NCBI RefSeq assembly: GCF_028641065.1
Contig: NC_073403.1
Location: 19,530,001 to 19,594,000 of the forward strand
Reading direction: 5' to 3'
DNA: 64,000 nucleotides
Source: Leucoraja erinacea
Lineage: Eukaryota
In this document: one piece after another, positions 53,666-64,000 of the stretch
Layout: each line of letters opens with the position of its first letter
Numbering within the stretch: the first letter of the stretch is position 1
The notes under the pieces: generated by a model
The model's input: the letters and a program-made list of their open reading frames with translations, nothing else
Database searches by the model: none
What the model was told of the DNA's origin: nothing
Translations under genes and position numbers: made by a program

Positions 53666-56600
53666 TTCTAAGGGTCTTGACCCAAAACATTTTCAGTCCA
53701 TTTTCCTCAGAGCAGTTGTCTCCTTACCTTAATTAGGCTGCCTTCTACCAGGCACTCTCTTCAGTAGATGTCCTGGTCTCCTTATCACAGAGGATCTCCC
53801 TACTGGCATGCATCTCCCTGTCCATAACATTGTCCCTTAAAGTGCATGTGGACCTGTCTCCCTTGCTCGTGTCTTTGTGTCCTCTACAGCCGACAGTGTG
53901 CTATTGCTGTGTGGTTTTCACAGGGATTGTGACATTGAGGCCTAACACCCATTTTTTTAAGTTATAGACAACAAGGGGCCAGGAACCGGGATAAACTGAA
54001 GGCTCGTTTAGGAATTGTACAAATGTCAATTTATCTTTGGTCTGTATTTTGGCCAATTTTATGATTTTTGCAGTGGATTAAGTTGGCACAAGCAATGTGT
54101 TAGCACTAACACTAAATGTGTTAGCACAAAAATAAATGGAATCCAATATCCAAACATATGCATACAAACAAATGAACTTGTACTGCATGTGAAACTTTGG
54201 TAAAAAGTACACATCAAAGTTCCTATAAACATGTCGAGCTGGGCTGAGCCTCAACAGATTTGCAATGGACAATTAAACGTGTTGTTATTACAACTAAAGT
54301 GTCAGGTTCTGTTACCCACACGCCAGATATTAATCAAAAGTACACAATAGAGTTGCTCAAGATCACAGCATATCTCTAACAAATGTTTACCAAACGGGGA
54401 TCACAGCTTAATTGAAACAAAAAGACTTCATTGATTCCTCTTGCACTTGACTTTGACAGGTTCATCTAACACTGCTAATGATTACATTTTTTAGTCTATA
54501 GGTAAGTTTAGCCCAATTGTATAATATTTGCTATATCAAGCAGTTCTGCAAACTACAAAAGTTTAATTTAGAGATAGAGTATGGAGACTGGCTAGTGAGT
54601 CCATGTTAACACAAGTTCAATGTTACCCCACTTTCTCTTCCACTCCCTAGATATTAGGAGGAATTTTACACAGGCAAATTAAACTATTGGGATTCATTTT
54701 TGGGATGTGGGAGGAAACCGAAGCACATGAGGAGACTCACCCTGCCACACTGACAGCACCCGAGGTCAGGATCGAATTTGGGTCTCTGGCGCTGAGGCAG
54801 CAGCTCTACCCACTGCAGAAATAAAAGTGTTTCTGTATCACTGAAAATTTGTGTGAATGTGAATTACAAATTTATATAAATAAAATTACTGAAAATATAT
54901 ATATTTTAAATTACCACTCTATTTTGGCTATTTTTTATAGACTGAGTATTCTGTGAACATTTAACCAAATTAAAAAGGATTTTTTTTAACCATTAATATT
55001 CCCTACTCTCGGACTGAGCTCTCTTGCTGAGATGCGATTCTTGGGAGACTGAAGGAAATTGGTGAGATTTGAACACCAGAAGCCTTGCTGAACAGTGTTA
55101 GCTGTCGCACTGCAACACAGTCACAGGGAGAAAGTGCACACTCTACACAGACATACAAGATCAGAATTGAACCCTTGCTGGATCTGTGATGCAGAAGCTC
55201 TGCACTGTCATAGTTATATTATAAACAGGTCACACTCACACAATTCAAAGGCATTAGATTTATTCTGTCACCTTTGCCTGCTCCTGTAACTTCTTCAAGG
55301 AACTTCTTGAAGATAGACACAAAATGCTGGTGTAAAAGAGGCAGCATCTCTGGATAGAAAGGAACTTTTTAAGTGCTTAGTTCCAGCAAATCCTTCCTTT
55401 TTTAAATCCTCGTTGACAATTTCTCACACTTCCTTTGATTTAAATGTTATATTTTCCATTGTGAGTGGCCTATCAGCACAGATTCCCTCCAACTGCCACA
55501 TCCATGAAAGGCAGACTTTGTATGACATTTCCATTCAGAAATATAAAATGCAGCCCTGAAAAAGGTGTGAACTATTCCAATAATCTGTAATATTCTTCAC
55601 ACCTAATACAACTTGAAGGAATAAATGAAAAGAGGAAAATAATTCATCATTTCAAATCTTTGACATATTCATCAGTCAGATTAAAAAGAGCATGTTGATA
55701 TTTTGTGACTGTCAGTGATTCAGAAAGATGCAGATTTGAGTTGCAAAAACATAGAACAGCAGATGCTGATTTATACCAAGATATGCATAAAATGTTGGAG
55801 TAACTGAGTGGGTCAGGCTGCGTCTCTGGTGAAATGGGATTGGTGACATTTTGGGTCTGAAGAAGGGTCCCCCACCATCCTATGTCTCCAGAGATGCTGC
55901 CTGACCCACTGAGTTACTCCAGCACATGTGTCGTCTACACGAGCAGAATCAAGTCTTACTTCAAAACTCGAATGGACAAATATTCAGGAATTAGTTGTGT
56001 ACCACCAGAGGTGAAATAAAGATTGGAACTTAAATAAAAGACAACGTTTTTTTAAACACTGTTCAGAATTTGAAAATGTCCTTAAATGCCTAACTCATAA
56101 AGTAAATTTGAGACATTAGGAACTGCAGATGCTGGAATCTTGAACAAAACACAAAGTGCTGGTGGAACTCAGCGAGCTAGGCGGCATCTGTGGAGGGAAT
56201 GGAAAGAAGATATTTTGGGTTGGGACTCTTCTTCAGACCCACATAAAAACCATACACATTTATGTGGGAAAACATTTTTAATCACACGTCTATGAAGATA
56301 GACCTAATAAAGCTCTGAAGAAGTGTCCTGATCCGAAGCTTCATCTGTCCATTTGATCCACAGATGCAGACACAAGGAATTGCAGAAGCTGGTTTACAAA
56401 AAGAGACACGAAGTAACGCTGCAGATCATGTGGCATCTCTGGAAGTCATGGAAAGGCGATGTTTCAGGTTGGGGCACTTCCTCAAGCTATCTGTAGCGAG
56501 AGGTGCGGCGGTGAGGGGGGCGGGGGGGGGTGAGGGGGGGGGGGGGGGGGGGGGAGAGAGAAAGCTAAGAAAAGAGGTGGGGGTGGGACAAGACCAGGCA

Positions 56601-58691
56601 CGTTATAGGTGGGTTCAGGGAAAGGGGGCGGGGATATGAGGGGTACAGATGATATTTGGCTCACTGTTCCTCCAACACATTGTGTTTGCTAAAGAAACCT
56701 CAATTGGTCTAACCAACCATTTTGATATAACAACTAGTATTCGTTTTCATCCAAACTTTGCAAGCAACATAAAGCCTGCCCCTTTAAATATGCGTTAATT
56801 GAATGTTGGGGTTTTTTTCTTGGGGGGTGGGGTGGGTGTATAGGGCAACATTAGTGGTTAGAGCAACATTCAAGACCTTCAAAGACACTTGTGGAAGACA
56901 AGCTGTTCCGATTACTATTGCCCGAGTGATCGATTGAAAGATACAACATAGAAACGGCCCTTTGGCCCGGTCACAACATTTCTATGTTATACCACCTTCA
57001 CAGCCACACCCTACACACTAAGGACAAGTGACAGAGGCAAATTAACCTACAAAGTCGCGAGTCTGTGGGATGGAACGTGCAAACTCCACACTGCAGCCGA
57101 GGTCGGGATCGAACCCGCGTCTCTGATGCTGTGAGGCAGCAGCTCTACCAGCTGCGCCCCCCTGCGCCCACCCCACCCAAACAAACATAAGATTATTACA
57201 ATGAAAGCTCCGAAGTGGCCGCTTTTGGCTATTGAGACATGATTGATAATTTTGTCTGTGCTAAAGCAATCACCACACTCCCATTTTGCAAATCGTGCTT
57301 TAAATAAATGCAAACCTCTGCCTTTAGTCGGCACCTCTGGTTCTCAGAGGCAGCAAGACTGCGGAAAGACGCTGGGGGGCGCGCCAACCCACATAGACAA
57401 CACGGATAGCTACAAACAACAAGTAACGGGCAAACTTTCTTGTGCATAATTGTGTCCAGTGACTTTTAAACATCACACTTTTCCTAGAATATCTTGAAAT
57501 TACTTTGGCGTATACTTTGCGATAATCGAAGTTTTGTTTTCGCACTCCAGTAAAACAAAAGGAGCCGGGGAAAGTTAAATACGTTAATATTCCACCTTTT
57601 ACGGGCAGTTTTGTCCCAGTCTGTTGCGTCTCCGTTATCTTCAGAGAGGTGAGCGGATGTCCCAGGAACGCTTGGTCGTAAAGGAGGGCAGCTAAAACTA
57701 AATTACTTAAAAATCTAAGCCAGCAGCACTGCAAGAAGAACTGAGTTACAATTCTACATTTAAATCCATTTTAATAAGAAGGATCTGCCAGAAATTCTGT
57801 GACTGAAAAATCCCGGTATGTGTTAATATGCATGTTCCGTTCGTACTGCGTCGCTATCCGCATTATTTAGCTAAAGAACAAATAAAAGTGAAATATGTAT
57901 ATATTTTGTTAAAATACACAATTCGCGACAGAGCGTCGTTCCGTTATGCAGAACTTTAGTAGGACCGTTCATTAGTTGATTCAGAAAAAAAAAATGCGCA
58001 TTGATTTTTATGAACATTTTTCAACCAGATGTTTAAAATCAGTAGAAGGTTAGAAACAGAGCATTTCATTACTTCTTTCAACGCGGCATCTTCAGGTTAC
58101 AACCGTGCAACCATTTAAAACCTAAAATTCTGAGTCCAACCAACCAACCCAAGCGGTTAAGTTTCAAGTAGAAATTATACTTCACAATCCGAATTTATGA
58201 TTTCTCAAAATGTAACCATTCCGTCTTTTGTTCCCGAATCGCGAATTCTTCTCGAATTAACCACCGCCGGACTAGTTAATTTGCAAGTCTTGTTACATGA
58301 AACGTTTTGTAGCCGAGTACATTCCACTAAGATATCCTTTAAGATCAACTTTATTCTTTGGAAAAAAATGGGAGTTGGTCCGCAGGCTGATTTTATACAG
58401 ATGTTAGTGGGTGTTTTCAGCGCTGTTTGCCAACAGAATACTCCCACTCATTAGAGGGAATGTGGCCCAATCATTTCTGAGCTTCCCCAGGATGTGGGCC
58501 CTGACTTGGATCTTGAAAGCTAAAACCCCCACGAAACCAGTGAAAGATAGAAAGAGGAATTAAGGACCGCTGGGAGTAAAGTTGCTAAGCACATCTGTAA
58601 GTTTGTTTATTTTTGCAAATTCACAATTTCTGTTTACAGTCTCTTTTCACTGCTCGCTGACGCCAACCTTCGAGGCTTGGTTGAACACAAT

Positions 58692-59165
58692 ATGCAAGAG
58701 GATTCCAATTCTCCGTTTTCTCCAGTGGATAGTTCAAGCAACAGCGAGGGGGAACAGGACACGCAGCAGAAGAGAAATGGCAGGAAGAGGCGTTCGGGCC
58801 AAAGGTCTCATAGACCCAGTACCGGGAAGAAAGGCATGAAGATCTCTCCTCTGGCGCAGAGCTTAGAGGACATTCAGACCCAGAGAGTCGTGGCTAACGT
58901 GAGAGAGCGTCAGAGGACGCAGTCCCTCAATGATGCATTTGCAACTCTTCGCAAAATCATTCCCACTTTGCCTTCAGATAAACTCAGTAAAATCCAGATC
59001 CTTAAACTGGCCACGAGGTATATCGACTTCCTTTACCAAGTTCTGCAGAACGACGAGATGGATAGCAAGGTAACGAGCTGCAGTTATCTGTCACACGAGA
59101 GACTCAGTTATGCCTTTTCAGTTTGGAGGATGGAAGAATCCTGGCCTTTGTCTGCCGGCCCTTAG
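58692..59165 (+). CDS. twist: Twist-family bHLH transcription factor (twist-related protein 2/3-like; paralogue identity uncertain)
   Basis: N-terminal [17 protein letters not shown] motif, basic RKRR, b[58 protein letters not shown], and WR/Twist box [14 protein letters not shown]. 157 aa in one coding exon. Confidence 0.96.
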   Translation: MQEDSNSPFSPVDSSSNSEGEQDTQQKRNGRKRRSGQRSHRPSTGKKGMKISPLAQSLEDIQTQRVVANVRERQRTQSLNDAFATLRKIIPTLPSDKLSKIQILKLATRYIDFLYQVLQNDEMDSKVTSCSYLSHERLSYAFSVWRMEESWPLSAGP

Positions 59166-59182
59166 CGTCTGCTGTCAATCAG

Positions 59183-59994
59183 GTAAATATGTAGCACTCG
59201 GTGCCGAGATGTTTTCAAAATAGCCCCGTTGTTTCCACTATATAACCGAAACAGGCAGCTGTTCGGAAAGATAGTGACATGTGTAACCCGTGCCATGTAG
59301 AAGAGGTTAAATAAATACCTAACAATAATGAGCTCTTTTCATCTCAATTTCAAGCGTTCCCAGATGATGCCGACCTCATGCTGTTTAGTTACTCTTTCAC
59401 TTTTCCAATGTCCCCTTCAAACCTGTATTTTCCTTCTTACTTTTACTTTTAAGTAACATTTATCCCCCCCCCCCCGTGTTTCATTTCCTTCGCACCCCGT
59501 CTTATGTACAAAAGGGGCTTTGAAGGGTCAAGATATGGAACCCATCAGTGGCCGCAGCCTCCCTTGCCCCGGCTATTTATTGAGTCTGAATCCAGAGCGT
59601 GAAAGAAAGTTTAAGTCAACAGTGAAAGTTTCCAGTCCCCATTGGTGTCTCGTATCCCAAATCTTGGGAAACGTTAATCGTATTCTAATCTACACACTCA
59701 TCCCGGTACTCACAACGCTCTCTCTACACAACAAACACATTTCCCTGATTCTCAATAACATGATCACCCTCAAAGGTATTTTGAAAAAAAACATGCGTGT
59801 TGTTGTACCCAAGCAATCGTCGGCTGTTGCTTTGCATACCTCGTGTATAAACAAAACATCCGCTTTCGCCTTTATTACTACCGAGGCCTGGGACACCTCA
59901 AAAGTGCCAGACACGGGGCTGGAAAGCTGTTATTTACTTCAGATATTTTATTATTTGTTCAATCATTCCTATCATTTTCTCTCTTGAACTGTAG
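59183..59994 (+). other. Probable intron in the Twist 3' UTR
   Basis: Donor CAG|gtaaat 17 nt after the stop codon. Candidate acceptor cattttctctcttgaactgtag| at 59994. Vertebrate Twist genes have an intron just after the stop. The acceptor is inferred. Confidence 0.6.
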
Positions 59995-60394
59995 GTATAT
60001 TGATTAGCTACGTGGGAACTCTACGCCAGCGCATCAAGAACATTTTAAAGATGAACTGAGTGTAAATCAAAAGACAAGAGCACTTAAATACTGGGCTGCG
60101 GATGTGGGTACAGCTAGAATGATACCGAGAGACCCAGCAACATTGGTCCGTGGATTCCATATCTATTTATTTGCATGTGTCTGCAAGGCTTCAATCCCAC
60201 CGTATATCGGGTGGCGAGACTGAGAAATCGTTTTGATTAACAAGGAAGAAAACAAAGAGACATAAACTCAGAAGTTTAGAATATTATTTTTTTATATTTT
60301 AATTGGAAACCGAACTTTATTTCTGAAGAATGAGCTCCGAATTTCGTCGACCGTCTTGTTACTTTAAGGAAAGCTATATGGCGTTATGTTTTGT

Positions 60395-60400
60395 AATAAA
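60395..60400 (+). terminator. Candidate polyadenylation signal of the Twist gene
   Basis: AATAAA after an AU-rich segment, with a U-rich tract downstream. Confidence 0.4.
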
Positions 60401-63400
60401 CGCACACACATTGCGTCCATTTTATTTCTGTTTTATATTATGCATCGAATTTTGGAGACTCTGCGCTCCCTGTGGGGCAGTGGGGGCCTTTAGCAGTTAA
60501 ACAAAAAAAAAAACAAAACCTCATGCAGATAAGCTTTGAGAGAAATAACGTTTCTATATGTTTTACGTGATGATCCCTTCAAATAACCCACACGGTTATC
60601 AGACTTATCGAGTTGCATCTCCACAAAGAGCAGTCCCCGAGGTTTTAAATGTTTAAAAGTTCCACTCCCAATGAATCTGAAGATTCCGACATTTAGAACC
60701 ACTCCCCCTTCAAAATAAAAACAAAAACAATTGGGATTAGTGATTCAAGATCTGAAAATAATCCCACTTTTCGTAAAACGACACAGGTAGAATGGCGAGA
60801 GTTTAATTATTATACATCGTCTATGAATTTCATCCCCAAACTCAGCCCATGACCAATGTACAGGTTTTATCTACAGTACGCGGCAAGTATAGGCTCGACT
60901 TTGCCAGAAATCCCATTTACCAACACGCCGTTATGTTAAAGCTTTGCTGAGTGCTTTACCAAAATCTATTTCTTCTCTAAGTGGCCCCTTTCTCACAGAC
61001 GATGGGTTATGAGTGAGAAATAACGGTGGCGAGTTCCTAGTGCAGGTGTAGAGGGATTTGATGTTGGTTCCCGTGAGGACGCGTGACAAGAAGAGGAATT
61101 CATCCAACACAAAAGTTTCAACCTCAATCATATGGTTTGCTATCAATAATAAAAACAGAAGGAGAGAGAAAGGTCGCAGTTTATAAAACGATGCTGTTGC
61201 ACCCGTCCGCTGTCAACAAACCAACCTGGATTTAGCACTGAATTCAATGCAGTGTTAAAAATGCAGATTTAATTGGTTCCAAAAATTGCAATTTCTCTCA
61301 AATGTTTGCATTGTGCTCTAAAGTTTAGTCACGAGTGATTTTAAATTGTGACGTATTTACCTTTTTAACAGAAAATTCAAATTTGCTTTTAATTTTCTTA
61401 TAACTTGAAATAAGCGTAAAATAAAAATGGAACAGTGCTTTCAAAAGATCGCAGCAGTGTATTGGTTATTTAATGCGCAGTCTACGGTTCCTGCTCCTAA
61501 TACTTTGTAAATGTGGGTTAAATAAAGCTGTAATGGTTGCATTTAATACAGGAGAACACTTATAATACAAACCTAACTATTGTTCATCAGCTCACTTCCT
61601 TGCCGCAATAATATTGTGTGACAGAACTCTATTATAGAGATGATTCTGGAGATCAGAGTGGACCTTTGGTGCAGTGCTGCTAATAAATTGTCCCACTTCT
61701 GACAACAGCGAATGTTCTGTTTCCAGCTGGTTCTTGTAAGATGGGGAAGGCTTAAAATCCCCAGTCGACACCTGGGGCGGGTTCGTTTCCTCCATCTGAC
61801 CCCCTTTGTGTAATTCCAGTTTCCCTGCTCTGTAGCAGTGCAAAACACACTGCAAACACACAGGACCTCACTCACTCACACCGAGGTCTCAAAACACACT
61901 TGCTGACCAACTAAGTTCAACATAGCCTCGCTCCTTCCCCCCTCCCCCCTCACCCACCCCCAGGTTTCAGAGTACATCATAACATGTGCATCCAATGTAT
62001 GTTTCATGTCTCCGAAATCATACACTGAAACCACAAACTAAAACGAGTCCTTTACTTTCCTCTTGATTTATTGGATTTGATTTATTTATCTGATCAATAT
62101 CAAAATCACCCAGCCAAAAGTCACCAAAACTCCACTGCAAGGACACTGGGTTGTTTATTCCAACTTTTGGGATAACGAGAATACATATTACCTCAAACGC
62201 AAGGCTTCTGAACCTTTCCTTCCACCATGTACCTGTCTCATGGCAAGTGCAAAGAGCTTTCGAATCCTCTGTTGTGATTTACAACCATGCGGCTGATCGC
62301 GTGGAGTCCGATTCTATTATTTAAAATGTAACGAAATAGCAAAGGAGCAATTTTGTTTTTACACAGAGAGTGTGGTGGGGCCCTGAACGCATTGCAGGGA
62401 GGGGATGGTGGAGGCAGATGCGACAGTAATGGTTAAGAGGCTTTTAGATAGGCACATGGATGTGCGGGGAACGGAAGGATATGGACCATGTGCAGGTAGA
62501 TGAGATCAGTTGTTATCATGTTCGGCACAAACATAGTGGGCCGAAGGGCCCGTTCCTCTGCTGTACTGATCTAAGTTTTATGTTTAATAGTCAAATATAG
62601 GTCGTGCAGTGATTTAATTAAAAAAAAAAAAAGAGAGTAGGTAACAGAATGGAAAGACAAGTGCGATTGACAACTTTTTCTTGGAAGGATGAGGATGCAA
62701 AAAGTTTAGCTACTGAAGGAGGAGAGATAAGACAGTGAAGATGGACACAACTTTCTGGAGCATCTCAGCGGGTCAGGCAGCATCTACGGAGAAAAGGAAT
62801 AGGTGACGCTTCGGACAGTCTGAAGGGTCTCGACCCAGAAACGTCACCTACTCATTTCTCTCCATAGATGCTGCCTGGCCCGTCGAGTTACTCCAGCATT
62901 CTGTGTCTATCTTCAGTGTAAACCAGGGCATATCTCTTAAAGTAAGGCCCAGGATGACTTCTGAAAGACTAGTATTTGCAGTACCCACCCCCGAGAAATA
63001 GGAAGCCCGCAGGTAGATTATGTTTTCAGGGTTAGTGCTGGAGGCAGATACGACAGTGGCATTTAAGATGCCTTTAGATAGGCACATGGATATGCAGGAA
63101 ATGGAGAGGTATGGTTCACATGCAGGCAGAGGTGATTAGTTTAACTTGGCAACACGTATGGCACAGCCATTGGGGGCCGAAGGGCCTGTTGCTGTGCTGT
63201 TCTATATTCATCGGGAGATGATCTGTAATCCTCGCCTTCAGCAAACGAGGCGAGTCCGATGTGAGAGTGCGGGACATCCATCCTTGCAAGGTCAGGGTGA
63301 ATGGGGGTGATGCTGGAGGAAAGGTCGGCTCTGGGTCGAGAGATCACGGCCACGGTAAATATCGTGGATAATGAGGCGAGGAAGTCTGGGCGAGGTAGGA

Positions 63401-63487
63401 CGTTCTCTATGTATACATGATCAACATACACAAGGTGGAGGTTAGTGCGAGGGTTGAAGTCGGAAGGAAGGACCGATGGATGAGAGT

Positions 63488-63519
<32 letters not shown>

Positions 63520-64000
63520 AGTGTGGTGGGGAAGAATATTCATCATTCGCTGGGAACGAAGAGATTAACCCCAGCAATGGCTACTTTCCACCGGACCAGT
63601 CTGGCGGCGACGATAAATACAGCCACGTCGTTTCTACTGATCCTAGGTTACTCGCAATATCAACATTTTGCTTGCAAAAGGCACTCCGTGCAGCGTGTAA
63701 TTTGATTTATTTTATACGACAAATTATATCCGGAATAAACTTTTTTTTAACCCCCCCGATCTTGAGTTAAGATAAACTTCTCTTCCTCCTAGCTTGTCAG
63801 TTTGATTCCCTATAACGTCGTTGCGTCAAGCAATGCTTTAGCTGGGCCAGCCTTAAAGAAAAAGGTGACAATGCTTGCTTGCACTAATGTTGCAGTGATT
63901 TATCTGAAACCCGTCACACTGAGCTTCTCTAGCAGTGAACAGCGTAGAGCCGCCCCTAGTGGGGCAACGGAGCACTGCGCGCAAACTGCCCCATAAATGA

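Noticed and set aside
58597-58639. GTAAGT...TTTACAG micro-intron in the Twist 5' UTR
   Set aside because: Only 43 nt, below the normal vertebrate minimum intron size.
58677-58691. Upstream extension of the Twist ORF given by the ORF track
   Set aside because: Uses a non-ATG start; the ATG at 58692 matches the family N-terminus.
59520-59987. 155-aa ORF downstream of Twist
   Set aside because: TTG start, lies in the presumed 3' UTR intron, no recognisable domain.
63141-63431. 96-aa minus-strand ORF as a possible HDAC5 exon
   Set aside because: No similarity to class IIa HDAC sequence that I can see; it runs into a CR1 tail.
63945-63965. CTCF-like motif CCACTAGGGGCGGC
   Set aside because: One G short of the core consensus, so it cannot be supported without ChIP data.

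Overview
Vertebrate genomic DNA, almost certainly a cartilaginous fish such as a skate or ray (inferred from HE1/V-SINE-type SINEs, HER1-like CR1 LINEs and Penelope tails). It has two N gaps. Three genes are well supported: LSM12 (minus strand, coding exons 1-3, with a U12-type first intron), a complete six-exon G6PC3 (plus strand, 347 aa), and a Twist-family bHLH gene (plus strand, 157 aa, one coding exon). The Twist gene lies in the LSM12-G6PC3 block, which in human continues into HDAC5 on the HoxB paralogon with no Twist gene, so it is a candidate fourth vertebrate Twist ohnologue. Other highlights: an in-phase chain of antisense exon-like segments inside G6PC3 intron 5, many Penelope-derived minimal hammerhead-ribozyme motifs, Helitrons with diagnostic ends, nested transposons, a solo LTR and hAT-like micro-MITEs. 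Repeat boundaries were read by eye and are approximate unless terminal motifs are quoted.
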